A stretch of 64,000 bases of DNA from a virus, in the IMG/VR virus record IMGVR_UViG_3300045988_061855, one strand, 5' to 3'. Below, in pieces: positions 15,838 to 24,806 of the stretch. Under the pieces are notes generated by a model. The model worked only from the letters and a program-made list of their open reading frames with translations, made no database searches and was not told the DNA's origin. Made by a program: the position numbers and the translations under genes. The stretch's first letter is position 1, and each line of letters starts with the position of its first letter.

Positions 15838-16039
15838 TAAGTTAAAGGTTCAGAGATTAGATGATGGACTGATTATTGGTTATAGTCGCAAAGACCCTTT
15901 TTCACCTCCTGTGATGGTTGTTGGAAGAAAAAGGATGAACGATACGCCAGTTATAATAAACGCTTTCGAAGGTAAGGAAGCTGAAGAGTTATATAAGAAG
16001 CTGACTACCGTTGTAAAAAAGGATGATGCTAATGGCTAA
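15830..16039 (+). CDS. hypothetical protein
   Basis: ATG at 15830 follows GGAGGAAGC and overlaps the upstream stop. Confidence 0.65.
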   Translation: MSNKLKVQRLDDGLIIGYSRKDPFSPPVMVVGRKRMNDTPVIINAFEGKEAEELYKKLTTVVKKDDANG

Positions 16040-17282
16040 TTCATTTTTGAGAGATTACCAGATGGACGCTGTAAAAAAAATGAGTAATGGATGCATCTTA
16101 AATGGCGGTACTGGCTCTGGAAAATCACGGACTGGATTATATTACTACTTCAAAGAGCAGGGCGGTTGTCTTGAAAATCAGGAAACGATTTATATGAAAA
16201 ATCCAAAAGACTTATATATCATAACCACGGCTAAGAAGAGAGATTCATTGGAGTGGGAAGGCGAACTTGCCAACTTCTGTATGTCCAGTAATCCAAAGAA
16301 TAATAAATTATATTCTAATAAAATTGTAGTTGACTCGTGGAATAATATAAAGAAGTATGCTGATACAACAGATGCTTTCTTTATATTTGACGAGGACAAG
16401 GTTACTGGTTCCGGAGTATGGGTTAAGGCATTCTTAAAGATATCTAAACATAACGATTGGATTATATTGTCGGCAACTCCAGGAGATACATGGAGTGATT
16501 ATATTCCAGTATTTATAGCCAATAGGTTCTACAAGAATGTAACGGAGTTTAGAGAGCGGCACATCATATATTCAAGATATACCAAATGGCCTCAAGTTGA
16601 CAGATACATCGATACAAATAGATTGATTAGGCTAAGAGACAGAATTCTTATAGATATGGATTTCGAGAGAAGTACCGTACCGCACCATCAAGACATTCAT
16701 GTCTCGTATGATATATCTAAGTATAAAGAGATACTGAAAACAAGATGGGACCCATATAAAAAAGAACCCATTGAGCAAGCGGCGGGGCTTTGCTATGTTC
16801 TGAGGCGGCTGGTTAACGAAGACGAATCAAGAGTTGTAGCTCTACTTGAATTACTGGATAAAACTGATAAGGCAATTATATTCTACAATTTTGATTACGA
16901 ACGGGATATATTACTTCATACTATGGCTGATTTGAATGAAACATTTGATAATTATGACGACATTTATGAGGTTACTGAATGGAGCGGACATGCTCATCAG
17001 CCAGTTCCAACTTCAAAGAGATGGATATATTTGGTACAGTATACGGCTGGTTGCGAAGGCTGGAATTGCATTACTACTGACACAATTATATTTTACTCGC
17101 AAAATTACAGCTATAAGGTTATGGAGCAGGCGTGCGGTCGAATAGACCGAATGAATACACCATTTATTAATCTATATTATTATCATTTGAAAAGCCGAGC
17201 TGGTATTGATTTAGCCATAACTAAAGCACTTAATGAAAAGAAAAAATTTAATGAACGGAAGTTTACTAAATGGGATAGGTAG
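16023..17282 (+). CDS. SF2 (DEAD/SNF2-like) DNA helicase
   Basis: Contains YQMDAV (Q-like motif), motif I GGTGSGKS, motif II FIFDED, motif III LSATPG and motif VI QACGRIDR. The start could instead be 16032. Confidence 0.8.
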   Translation: MMLMANSFLRDYQMDAVKKMSNGCILNGGTGSGKSRTGLYYYFKEQGGCLENQETIYMKNPKDLYIITTAKKRDSLEWEGELANFCMSSNPKNNKLYSNKIVVDSWNNIKKYADTTDAFFIFDEDKVTGSGVWVKAFLKISKHNDWIILSATPGDTWSDYIPVFIANRFYKNVTEFRERHIIYSRYTKWPQVDRYIDTNRLIRLRDRILIDMDFERSTVPHHQDIHVSYDISKYKEILKTRWDPYKKEPIEQAAGLCYVLRRLVNEDESRVVALLELLDKTDKAIIFYNFDYERDILLHTMADLNETFDNYDDIYEVTEWSGHAHQPVPTSKRWIYLVQYTAGCEGWNCITTDTIIFYSQNYSYKVMEQACGRIDRMNTPFINLYYYHLKSRAGIDLAITKALNEKKKFNERKFTKWDR

Positions 17283-17287
17283 GTGAG

Positions 17288-17425
17288 ATGATATTGATAC
17301 TATTTGGAATAATTGTGGTCTTGGCGATTGGAACGGTACTCAATATTATATTTGCAGTTAACGAACCAGACGATGATATTCGCGATGAGAACGACTCCTT
17401 TAATGAGAATAAAACAAAGGAGTGA
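17288..17425 (+). CDS. small membrane peptide (45 aa)
   Basis: Hand-read: MILILFGIIVVLAIGTVLNIIFAV.... Its 3' end contains element I. Confidence 0.45.
   Translation: MILILFGIIVVLAIGTVLNIIFAVNEPDDDIRDENDSFNENKTKE
17391..17420 (+). promoter_or_regulatory. conserved early-region element, copy I
   Basis: acgactcctttaatgagaataaaacaaagg. The upstream half is weak. Confidence 0.35.
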
Positions 17426-17430
17426 TTTAT

Positions 17431-17691
17431 ATGTGCGAGTATGAAATTATATTTTGTAAGGCGTTACATGAGAAATTAAAAGAAAAAGTAAAAGGCGGAC
17501 TCTGGGTAAGGGTTAAAAATGACGATTGTTTATGGATTGATATTGTTCAGCGAGAACTTAATACAATAACACATATACAAATTGGCAATCCTTTTTCAGA
17601 ATTAATCGTTAAAGGCTTTTCTGTTGATGAGGCATGTGAGGAGGTTATAAAACAGTACAGACGGATAATATTAAGCCGTTGTTTTAAGTAA
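17431..17691 (+). CDS. hypothetical protein
   Basis: ATG at 17431 follows AAAGGAGTG. Confidence 0.7.
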   Translation: MCEYEIIFCKALHEKLKEKVKGGLWVRVKNDDCLWIDIVQRELNTITHIQIGNPFSELIVKGFSVDEACEEVIKQYRRIILSRCFK

Positions 17692-17698
17692 CATATTT

Positions 17699-17739
17699 AA
17701 GAGGTTTGGTCATATAGACTGAGCCTCTTATATTTTTTT
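17699..17739 (+). terminator. rho-independent terminator
   Basis: AAGAGGTTTGGTC-atata-GACTGAGCCTCTT plus a T-run. Confidence 0.6.
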
Positions 17740-17753
17740 GGAGGTGAAAAAAT

Positions 17754-17939
17754 ATGGGTTCATGTGGGGCTGACAATCCAATACCTAAAGCAGAATCACT
17801 GTCACAATGTAAAAAACGATGTAAAGCCGTAGCTAAAGATTTGGGATACGGTTATGACGTTGTGGATGCCATTAAACAAGCTAAGAGTAATGATGAGATT
17901 GACCGAATAATGATTGATGCTAGAAGGAGACAGGAATGA
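17754..17939 (+). CDS. hypothetical protein
   Basis: 61 aa with a GGAGGTG RBS. Confidence 0.7.
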   Translation: MGSCGADNPIPKAESLSQCKKRCKAVAKDLGYGYDVVDAIKQAKSNDEIDRIMIDARRRQE

Positions 17940-18094
17940 TAAGTAAACAAGATAGAGAAGTTCGTTTTGATAAATATTGCGAGCTGTGTAAGTACAAGGA
18001 GTTAGATGATATTAAAGACCCTTGTAATGCCTGCTTAGATGCACCATTTAACGAGTACTCACACAAACCAATATGTTTTGAAGAGAAAGAATAA
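17936..18094 (+). CDS. small Cys-rich (zinc-ribbon-like) protein, 52 aa
   Basis: Hand-read with ATGA overlap: MISKQDREVRFDKYCELCKYKELDDIKDPCNACLD... (CxxC...CxxC). Confidence 0.55.
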   Translation: MISKQDREVRFDKYCELCKYKELDDIKDPCNACLDAPFNEYSHKPICFEEKE

Positions 18095-18097
18095 TGG

Positions 18098-18135
18098 TCG
18101 TGTAATTTACAAGTACTATTATGAAAGGAGTGTGA
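18098..18135 (+). promoter_or_regulatory. conserved early-region element, copy P
   Basis: tcgtgtaatttacaagtactattatgaaaggagtgtga. Confidence 0.5.
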
Positions 18136-18140
18136 TATTT

Positions 18141-18227
18141 ATGAAACAGGGCGTCAAATTAGCGATTGTTGGTGTTGCTGGGTATTTCATAGGGCTTATG
18201 CTTGGTATAAAAAAACAAATATATTGA
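18141..18227 (+). CDS. 28-aa membrane peptide
   Basis: MKQGVKLAIVGVAGYFIGLMLGIKKQIY. The RBS lies inside element P, so the upstream part of the track ORF was rejected. Confidence 0.5.
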   Translation: MKQGVKLAIVGVAGYFIGLMLGIKKQIY

Positions 18228-18257
18228 CGGCTAATTAAATAATAACACTGACGAGAC

Positions 18258-18286
18258 AGAGTCCTAACAAGGGCTCTTTCTTTTTT
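18258..18286 (+). terminator. rho-independent terminator (GAGTCCT-aaca-AGGGCTC family)
   Basis: Same hairpin plus TTTCTTTTTTT. Confidence 0.7.
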
Positions 18287-18312
18287 TACACATTTTAAGG
18301 AGGATTTACATT

Positions 18313-18597
18313 ATGGACGCAAAATTTGAATTAGGAAGAGTGGTTATAACTAAGAGTGCTGCTGAGAGATTAGAGAATGATGATGAATTTTACGCTTTTG
18401 TCGAGGAATCTTTAGCCAGATACACACAGGGTGATTGGGGTGACACATGTGATGAAGACAAGAAGACTAATGACGCTGCTATAAAAGATAACGACAGAAT
18501 TTTAGCAGTATATAAGTATAACGATACTACTACAATTTGGATAATTACGGAATGCGATAGAAGTGTAACAACTATTCTATTTCCGAGCGAATATTAG
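18313..18597 (+). CDS. hypothetical protein
   Basis: 94 aa, following the conserved AAGGAGGATTTACATTATG initiation region. Contains GDWGD....IWIITECDRSVTTILFPSEY, a block I recall from plasmid/ICE proteins of unknown function. Confidence 0.7.
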   Translation: MDAKFELGRVVITKSAAERLENDDEFYAFVEESLARYTQGDWGDTCDEDKKTNDAAIKDNDRILAVYKYNDTTTIWIITECDRSVTTILFPSEY

Positions 18598-18606
18598 GAG
18601 GTGCTT

Positions 18607-18765
18607 ATGAATAATACAACAAAAATAAAGATATTAGCATACGCCTCAGAACCAGATAAAGATACAGATTACAACGGAGATATTGTTGAATTTGAAGGCA
18701 AGAGATATTTTGTAAGTTTAGCAGAGGAACGAGTAGAGTTTCTTGAAATTATAAAGGAGGATTAA
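18607..18765 (+). CDS. hypothetical protein (52 aa)
   Basis: Hand-read: AGGAGGTG RBS, MNNTTKIKILAYASEPDKD.... Confidence 0.55.
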   Translation: MNNTTKIKILAYASEPDKDTDYNGDIVEFEGKRYFVSLAEERVEFLEIIKED

Positions 18766-18769
18766 CATT

Positions 18770-19363
18770 ATGAACTATTTAGATACAGATAGGAACATAA
18801 AGCTGCCGACACCTAAGTGGTATACACCATATATTAAAGGGCATCCAATGATTAAACTTGGCGAGTTTTGTAGGACGCATGGGATTGCTATAGAGAGTGA
18901 ATATAACACATACCAAGATGTTACCACATTTTATTTTCGCAGACATAGTATGCTTGGTAAAGCTGCGGCTAGTTATCGTATTCCATGCGACGGAATAAAT
19001 GAATATTATGATACATCACATATCGAATACATGATCATTAAACAAATCAGAAATGATTTTGATATTAAGGAGGAATTACAATATATGGTAACACCAAGAA
19101 ATAGTGGAAGATATGCAGCAACTATGAACACTCGTTATGGAATATGTAATAATAAGCCGGAAATCAAGAATGTTATATTTTCAGGTCCATGCACAATTGT
19201 TCTGTGGTCAGATGGAGATAAGACAATCGTAAGATGCGGAGAAGATGACACGTTTGATAAAGAAAAAGGACTTGCTATGGCTATTTCTAAGAAAATGTTA
19301 GGAACTAACAGTTCAAAGTCTAGCTATTATGATGTTTTTAAAAAATTTATTCAGGAGGCATAA
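18770..19363 (+). CDS. hypothetical protein
   Basis: 197 aa with an AAGGAGG RBS. The C-terminal block is DKTIVRCGEDDTFDKEKGLAMAISKKMLG. Confidence 0.75.
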   Translation: MNYLDTDRNIKLPTPKWYTPYIKGHPMIKLGEFCRTHGIAIESEYNTYQDVTTFYFRRHSMLGKAAASYRIPCDGINEYYDTSHIEYMIIKQIRNDFDIKEELQYMVTPRNSGRYAATMNTRYGICNNKPEIKNVIFSGPCTIVLWSDGDKTIVRCGEDDTFDKEKGLAMAISKKMLGTNSSKSSYYDVFKKFIQEA

Positions 19364-19365
19364 TT

Positions 19366-19698
19366 ATGGGAACTTTTGGAAACACATCAGATATTATAAG
19401 TAGTACAGTTGATAAAATTGTAACCACTGTGAATGAGACACAAGATGCATTTATATTTTCAACGCTGAGTAGTTATGCCACTGAACAGTATAACATTACA
19501 GTTGAAAAAGAAGAATTAGTACGTGCCATTCAGTTAATTCGAATGAGCAGAGAATATGGTCCTAGTATTGGTGAGCGTTGGGCAACTGCCACTCAGAATG
19601 CGGCAGAATTAAATCGTGCTTATGAAAAAGGACTTCAAGATGGCATACAGGAAGCACGTAAGAGATTAGAAAATACATTTAAGGAGGAAAAGAAATGA
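19366..19698 (+). CDS. hypothetical protein
   Basis: 110 aa, tightly coupled to its neighbours. Confidence 0.75.
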   Translation: MGTFGNTSDIISSTVDKIVTTVNETQDAFIFSTLSSYATEQYNITVEKEELVRAIQLIRMSREYGPSIGERWATATQNAAELNRAYEKGLQDGIQEARKRLENTFKEEKK

Positions 19699-20060
19699 TT
19701 TCAGAGAATAATATTTGTGAGTTGATAGATGTAAAAATCAATAAATCAGATAATAGATATGTTTTGTGTCTTACATATAAATACCATGATGAATATGGTA
19801 ATACACATGAAAGAGTAATTGATAATGTTCCATTACCACTTTATAATCATTTAGACAATATAATAATTAAGGAAACATACGGATCTCCGCTGTTTGGTCT
19901 TTACATACCCAAGACAATCGATGTCGGATTTGGCGAACAGGATGTAAGACCTGATTTTACATATATAGACCGTATAGTGGAATATGCAACAAAAGAAATG
20001 ACAATCGAAGAAATTGAAAATAAACTCGGTCATAAGGTTAAGATTGTTAATAAGAAATAA
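19695..20060 (+). CDS. hypothetical protein
   Basis: 121 aa with ATGA overlap. Confidence 0.75.
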   Translation: MISENNICELIDVKINKSDNRYVLCLTYKYHDEYGNTHERVIDNVPLPLYNHLDNIIIKETYGSPLFGLYIPKTIDVGFGEQDVRPDFTYIDRIVEYATKEMTIEEIENKLGHKVKIVNKK

Positions 20061-20070
20061 ACATTTTTAA

Positions 20071-20101
20071 GGGCTTTAGAGAATTCTAAGGCTCTTTTTT
20101 T
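20071..20101 (+). terminator. rho-independent terminator
   Basis: GGGCTTTAGA-gaat-TCTAAGGCTC plus T7. Confidence 0.65.
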
Positions 20102-20120
20102 ATTTAGGAGGATTTACATT

Positions 20121-20222
20121 ATGGATGAAAAATTTCAAAAGGCTAAAGAAATATTGAATAGCATGACTAATGCAATTTACAAACAATATTTCGGAAAGAG
20201 AGGCAAAAAGAAAAACAAGTAA
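20121..20222 (+). CDS. small basic peptide (33 aa)
   Basis: Hand-read, following the conserved AGGAGGATTTACATTATG region: MDEKFQKAKEILNSMTNAIYKQYFGKRGKKKNK. Confidence 0.45.
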   Translation: MDEKFQKAKEILNSMTNAIYKQYFGKRGKKKNK

Positions 20223-20228
20223 AATAGC

Positions 20229-20267
20229 TCGCGTGTTTCACGCACTCTGTAATGAGAAAGGAGAGTG
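20229..20267 (+). promoter_or_regulatory. conserved early-region element, copy J
   Basis: tcgcgtgtttcacgcactctgtaatgagaaaggagagtg. It contains a GCGTG-ttt-CACGC hairpin and a CACTCT/AGAGTG pairing over the SD. Confidence 0.45.
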
Positions 20268-20273
20268 ATATGT

Positions 20274-20456
20274 ATGTCAATAGAAAAAATGATACTAAAT
20301 GTAGCAACTCATTATCATGCAAACTTAATTGATATTCATAATGCTTTACATGCTTTAGGTTTAAGAAGCGATGATCAAGCAGAAGAATTTAATAAAAGAC
20401 ATGTAATGAAGATTGTTGAGATGTATGAACGAAGAGGACATAGTATTACTAAATAA
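20274..20456 (+). CDS. hypothetical protein (60 aa)
   Basis: ATG at 20274 follows AAAGGAGAG. Confidence 0.65.
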   Translation: MSIEKMILNVATHYHANLIDIHNALHALGLRSDDQAEEFNKRHVMKIVEMYERRGHSITK

Positions 20457-20460
20457 AATT

Positions 20461-20498
20461 AGAGCCTTGGTTGAAATATACTAGGGCTCTTTCTTTTT
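20461..20498 (+). terminator. rho-independent terminator
   Basis: AGAGCCTTGG-N10-CTAGGGCTCT plus TTCTTTTT. Confidence 0.6.
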
Positions 20499-20541
20499 CA
20501 TTTAACACACAAAAACAATAACAATAATTTAGGAGGATTAG

Positions 20542-20856
20542 ATGTTAGATAATGCTAAGGACCAATGTACAGTCAAGGATCTAAAAGAACTATTGAATGA
20601 ATTATCGAATAATGGATATGATAATATGCCGATATTTTTAGGCAATAAAACACCATTATTAAATGATGCTATTTGTATAAGCTATGCATTTGATGTGGGG
20701 GTATATTTTAAGAATACTCATTATGATAAAGAGCTTGTTAATGCTGCTGACCAGTTAAAAAATGAAATTGATGTGGCGGTTAAAAAATATATAGCACATT
20801 GTTATTATGCTGGGCGTGATATTAAATCAGACGAGGAGGTTTTGCATCATGAGTAA
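20542..20856 (+). CDS. hypothetical protein
   Basis: 104 aa with a TAGGAGG RBS. Confidence 0.75.
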   Translation: MLDNAKDQCTVKDLKELLNELSNNGYDNMPIFLGNKTPLLNDAICISYAFDVGVYFKNTHYDKELVNAADQLKNEIDVAVKKYIAHCYYAGRDIKSDEEVLHHE

Positions 20857-21007
20857 TGATATTTCCAGTATGTACACAAAAGATCAAAATAAGAAAGCTG
20901 GGCGTCGAGGATATTCATTATGGAAACATGAGAAGGTAGCAATAATACCTCCAGCAGCTTATGGCGATTATATTTTGCAGGATAGAAGGAGAGGCAAAAA
21001 GAGATGA
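20849..21007 (+). CDS. hypothetical basic protein (52 aa)
   Basis: ATG at 20849 follows GAGGAGG. Confidence 0.6.
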   Translation: MSNDISSMYTKDQNKKAGRRGYSLWKHEKVAIIPPAAYGDYILQDRRRGKKR

Positions 21008-21267
21008 TAGTGTTGTTAATCGTTTTGTATTTAATAATAGGTCTTATAGTGTCAATTATTGGCACTTACGTTGACTATAGGGAAAGCTGGCGAACTGATA
21101 TTGTCGATTATATTGAGTATGATTTTTCTGTGGCTACTATCATAATTGTATTGTTCTTCTGGCCCATTATATTATTTTGGGTATTTATTTTATATGGGTG
21201 TAAAAATCTATATATGGCCACAACGATATTATTAGACAAATTTTATAGAAAGAGAGGTAAAAAATAA
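21004..21267 (+). CDS. membrane protein (2 TM)
   Basis: 87 aa with TM segments MIVLLIVLYLIIGLIVSIIG and TIIIVLFFWPIILFWVFILY. Confidence 0.75.
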   Translation: MIVLLIVLYLIIGLIVSIIGTYVDYRESWRTDIVDYIEYDFSVATIIIVLFFWPIILFWVFILYGCKNLYMATTILLDKFYRKRGKK

Positions 21268-21270
21268 AAT

Positions 21271-21588
21271 ATGTCAAGTAATAAACAGGAATGCTCATAT
21301 AAATGCATAGGAGTTTGGCAAAATGATTATAGGTTATATCATGACGGCAAACATAATGAATTTTTTGTACTTACTCCTAAATTTAGAATTACACAATCTC
21401 CTCGCAGAATAAGCCCTGAACTAGCGGATTGGTGTAATAAGAAAATAGAAGAATGGAATGAGGCACATAAACCGGCAACCACAGATATTATAAAGAGTGG
21501 AATAGGTCATAAGATAAACAATAAATATCACAATATGTTCTATGAATTAGAACAAAAACTTAAAGAAGGAGAGTCAAATGATGAGTGA
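21271..21588 (+). CDS. hypothetical protein
   Basis: 105 aa. Confidence 0.7.
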   Translation: MSSNKQECSYKCIGVWQNDYRLYHDGKHNEFFVLTPKFRITQSPRRISPELADWCNKKIEEWNEAHKPATTDIIKSGIGHKINNKYHNMFYELEQKLKEGESNDE

Positions 21589-21766
21589 TGTTTTGGTTAT
21601 TAAGTCTAGACGCGCAGTCAGACCTGAAAGATTGAGAGAATTGAGAAGAAATATTTTAGAACAGAAAGAAACTGGTGTGATTGTTTTACCATCATGCGTT
21701 GATGCTGTGGTTGTTCCAGATGATATTAAAATTGTTATTGATGATGATGAAAGGGAAGAAAGGTAA
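21578..21766 (+). CDS. hypothetical protein
   Basis: 62 aa with a GGAGAG RBS; overlaps the upstream stop. Confidence 0.65.
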   Translation: MMSDVLVIKSRRAVRPERLRELRRNILEQKETGVIVLPSCVDAVVVPDDIKIVIDDDEREER

Positions 21767-21772
21767 AAAATA

Positions 21773-22735
21773 ATGAGTAAAGAATACGATTTATATTTAG
21801 AACAGCATAGAGCTAACGTAGCTAAAGGATTCTATTGGATTCAGGAAAATCTACCAGAGTTATTGATAGACATCCCTAATGTATCATATGAACATCAGAT
21901 TTGTTATTCTCACGATAATTCTAAGGACGATAGTGCAGAATACAAAGCATATGATGCTTATTTTTATGGGAGAAACAGGTCTTTTCAAGTTGTGCAGGAT
22001 TTCCAGTATGCATGGCTTACACATATTCATAAAAATCCACATCATTGGCAGCATTGGATTCTTGTTCATGATGATATCAAGAATGGAAAGTTAGAGACAA
22101 TCCTTGAGATACCATATAATTATATTATAGAAATGATTTGCGATTGGTGGGCTTTTAGTTGGGCTCGCAGCAATTTATATGAGATATTCAACTGGTATGA
22201 TGAGCATTCAAAAAATATGAAACTTGCGCCAGAAACCAGAACAACTGTTGAAAGCATTCTGAATAAGATAAAAAATACGCTTGATAACTCAGAGATTATT
22301 CACAGTGGAGTTAAGGGGATGAAATGGGGTGTTAAAAACGGTCCACCATATCCGATAAAATATAACGGACGAGTTGCAGCTATACAGAAACGTGATAGAA
22401 TAGTAGAAAATGCTATTAAATCCGGAGAAGTAATAAAAACTATAAATAGAGATAAACAGGAACGTCATAATAAAACACAACACATTCCAGGAAGAAGTTA
22501 TCTAAATGGTGATACAGAATATGCACAGAAATTAGTGAATAAATACAGTGGGACTGGTGAATCAAAACTTGATCATCATGGTAAATGGAATCATCGAGAA
22601 CGAATATTCGCGGATGAGGATATTGGTATGTATGTGGATGATCAAGGTACAGAAATACCATCGAATGTTGGAATGATAGTATATTCTAATACTGGAACAC
22701 ATATTTATCCGGCACGAAGAAAGGAGAACAAATAA
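21773..22735 (+). CDS. three-part protein: DUF5662-like His-rich N-domain, HxGxxGxKWG motif, and a C-terminal domain resembling MuF-associated polymorphic-toxin modules
   Basis: The N-domain has YSHDNSK..EYKAYDAYFYGRNRS...AWLTHIHKNPHHWQHW. The WG motif is IIHSGVKGMKWGVKNGPPYP at aa 184-203. The C-terminal domain has QHIPGRSYLNGD..KYSGTGE...IVYSNTGTHIYPARR. Confidence 0.55.
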   Translation: MSKEYDLYLEQHRANVAKGFYWIQENLPELLIDIPNVSYEHQICYSHDNSKDDSAEYKAYDAYFYGRNRSFQVVQDFQYAWLTHIHKNPHHWQHWILVHDDIKNGKLETILEIPYNYIIEMICDWWAFSWARSNLYEIFNWYDEHSKNMKLAPETRTTVESILNKIKNTLDNSEIIHSGVKGMKWGVKNGPPYPIKYNGRVAAIQKRDRIVENAIKSGEVIKTINRDKQERHNKTQHIPGRSYLNGDTEYAQKLVNKYSGTGESKLDHHGKWNHRERIFADEDIGMYVDDQGTEIPSNVGMIVYSNTGTHIYPARRKENK

Positions 22736-22948
22736 ATGAAACTTAGTCAGAATCTTGAAGGAAGAAACGTTAAAATAACATGTGTAGATGGAGATGTATT
22801 TACTGGGCAGGTCAGTGATTATGTATTTCCAGAAGATAATGAACCTGAAGGAGTAGCAGCAATAGATATTGATAATTGTCCTCAGAGTTCTGGAGAAAGC
22901 GTTAGCTTTAATGAAGATGAAATAGCTAACATTGAAGTGATTAACTAA
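22736..22948 (+). CDS. small acidic beta-rich protein (Sm/LSm-like pattern); possible cognate partner of 21773..22735
   Basis: 70 aa starting 1 nt after the upstream stop. Contains GRNVKITCVDGDVFTGQVSDY. Confidence 0.5.
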   Translation: MKLSQNLEGRNVKITCVDGDVFTGQVSDYVFPEDNEPEGVAAIDIDNCPQSSGESVSFNEDEIANIEVIN

Positions 22949-22976
22949 AAAGTCGCTTTAAACATTTGAATGCTTA

Positions 22977-23015
22977 AACCCATGAGCCTTTATAAGCTTG
23001 TGGGTTATTTTATTT
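22977..23015 (+). terminator. rho-independent terminator
   Basis: AACCCATGAGC-N8-GCTTGTGGGTT plus ATTTTATTT. Confidence 0.65.
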
Positions 23016-23033
23016 AAAAGGAGAGAAAACACT

Positions 23034-23234
23034 ATGAAACTTGGAGACTTTTTATTAAGCGCATATAACGATGTTGCCGTTGTTAATGCCCGTCGCGAAA
23101 CAGAAGTTTATATTAAATATGATATTGATCCAGCTAAATATCTTAACGCCGATATTTTGAATAGAGAAATTAAGGCAATTGGAGCTGGTGATGGAGAGTT
23201 TAGGGTTTTACTTGAGGAGGGGGATAATGATTGA
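23034..23234 (+). CDS. hypothetical protein (66 aa)
   Basis: ATG at 23034 follows AAAGGAGAG. Confidence 0.65.
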   Translation: MKLGDFLLSAYNDVAVVNARRETEVYIKYDIDPAKYLNADILNREIKAIGAGDGEFRVLLEEGDND

Positions 23235-23412
23235 TTTTTGGTTATCTAAAAATGTTGCTGACGCACTGTATGGTCTTATTGTTTTAGCCATGTTTTTTAT
23301 AATAATGTTTATTGTGAGTGCTATCAAAAGTGTATTTAACAGGCATAATAAAAAGAAATTTTATAAACAGTTTAAAGAGTCTAAGAGAAAGGATGATAAA
23401 AATAATGGATAA
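23227..23412 (+). CDS. small membrane protein (61 aa)
   Basis: ATG at 23227 follows GAGGAGGGGG. TM segment LYGLIVLAMFFIIMFIVSAI with a basic tail. Confidence 0.6.
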   Translation: MIDFWLSKNVADALYGLIVLAMFFIIMFIVSAIKSVFNRHNKKKFYKQFKESKRKDDKNNG

Positions 23413-23656
23413 ATTATATTTGGTTCATGGAAATACTTGGTATGAGGGATATGGACATTGTGAGAATCTTTATGGAGTGTTTACAGATAGAAAAACAGCT
23501 GAGAAGGTTAAGGCTGAAGTAACAGTGAAACTCTATGAGAAAGAAATGCATAATATAAACACCAATGTTGAGAGTATTTCTGATATTGAAATTGATATTT
23601 TGGAAGTCGATGCTAACCAGGTTACTGATATAGAATTAGGAGGATACGTTGAATGA
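23405..23656 (+). CDS. hypothetical protein (83 aa)
   Basis: ATG at 23405; the start is less certain than for most genes here. Confidence 0.55.
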   Translation: MDKLYLVHGNTWYEGYGHCENLYGVFTDRKTAEKVKAEVTVKLYEKEMHNINTNVESISDIEIDILEVDANQVTDIELGGYVE

Positions 23657-24084
23657 GAGGCAAATTAAAGTTAGATGAAACATCAGTTGCTAAAATAATT
23701 GAAATTGCCATGTCTAATAATGAAAAATGTAAGGCTTGTAAGTTCAGAGGCATGTGCTTTTTTGCTTACTCATGCCTTAGCAACAATTATAAATACTATT
23801 TAAAGGGAGATACGGAAATGATTAGAGAATTGAAAAATTGGACTGAAACAACAAAAGGATTATACAGGTATGTTGTTGGTGCTTCGGTATGTTATGAGAT
23901 TCACATAATGTATCATGCTAAGGATACTGATATTTTAACAGCGAACGCTTCATTATATATAGTTGGTGATTGGTTTAAGCCTGTAAGCAGCACTAACTTC
24001 TTTGAGAGGAAGCTATTATTAAATGGTCCTGTAGCAGCATGTTTAGAAAAAGCTGCTGAAGACGAAAAGGAGATGGGAAAATAA
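23653..24084 (+). CDS. hypothetical protein
   Basis: 143 aa with ATGA overlap. Confidence 0.75.
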   Translation: MRGKLKLDETSVAKIIEIAMSNNEKCKACKFRGMCFFAYSCLSNNYKYYLKGDTEMIRELKNWTETTKGLYRYVVGASVCYEIHIMYHAKDTDILTANASLYIVGDWFKPVSSTNFFERKLLLNGPVAACLEKAAEDEKEMGK

Positions 24085-24266
24085 TGATAAAAATTATAGA
24101 ACTTGGAACCATTAGAAAGCAAAAATGTCAACGTTGTGGATGTTTATTCTCTTACGAAAATGAAGATGTGATAACGGAAAGAAATGAACACATGCTTCTT
24201 GGGTTTCATAAAATATACATAAATTGTCCACAGTGTGAACAGAAAATAGTATTAGGAGTGTGCTAA
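24084..24266 (+). CDS. zinc-ribbon protein, paralog of 24807..24995
   Basis: MIKIIELGTIRKQKCQRCGCLFSYENEDV...CPQCEQKIVL. Confidence 0.7.
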   Translation: MIKIIELGTIRKQKCQRCGCLFSYENEDVITERNEHMLLGFHKIYINCPQCEQKIVLGVC

Positions 24267-24269
24267 GCG

Positions 24270-24407
24270 ATGAGTGAATTAAATTTTGAGAAATGTAATG
24301 GTTGCCCATATTATTTTGAAGAGATAGACCAGTGTATGTTCGGAGATGATGATATTCCTGATAATTTAGAGAAAAAATGCAAGACGGAGGATATATCAAA
24401 TGATTAA
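24270..24407 (+). CDS. small Cys-containing acidic protein (45 aa)
   Basis: Hand-read: MSELNFEKCNGCPYYFEEIDQCMFGDDD.... Confidence 0.45.
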   Translation: MSELNFEKCNGCPYYFEEIDQCMFGDDDIPDNLEKKCKTEDISND

Positions 24408-24543
24408 AAAAATAATAGCCTCGATAATGTGTTCTTTTGTTAAGTTGTATTTTAAATTAGACAACGAATGCACTTGTTACTGCATCGGAACAAATGGCGA
24501 TAATGATGATTATGATATTCATAGAAGGAGATATAAAACATGA
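24400..24543 (+). CDS. small hypothetical protein (47 aa)
   Basis: Hand-read; overlaps both neighbours by ATGA-type junctions. Confidence 0.4.
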   Translation: MIKKIIASIMCSFVKLYFKLDNECTCYCIGTNGDNDDYDIHRRRYKT

Positions 24544-24731
24544 TAAAATATATTAATGAGATGTGTGAAAAATACAAGTGTGATATTCAGTTAACTTTCA
24601 AATTATATGGGGAATTACGAATAGTTGTCGTGGCAAACGGGCATATGGATTATTTGATGATTGATTCAAATACCGACGAAAATACTGTGAAAAAAAGTAT
24701 CGAAGATACAATAAGGAGGTGCTTACAATGA
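24540..24731 (+). CDS. hypothetical protein
   Basis: 63 aa with an AGGAGA RBS. Confidence 0.65.
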   Translation: MIKYINEMCEKYKCDIQLTFKLYGELRIVVVANGHMDYLMIDSNTDENTVKKSIEDTIRRCLQ

Positions 24732-24806
24732 TATTTATAATTCATAATACATAATCTTAAATATGACACTGATGAGAAATATTTTGAAGAATTGGAGGAA
24801 ACGTGA

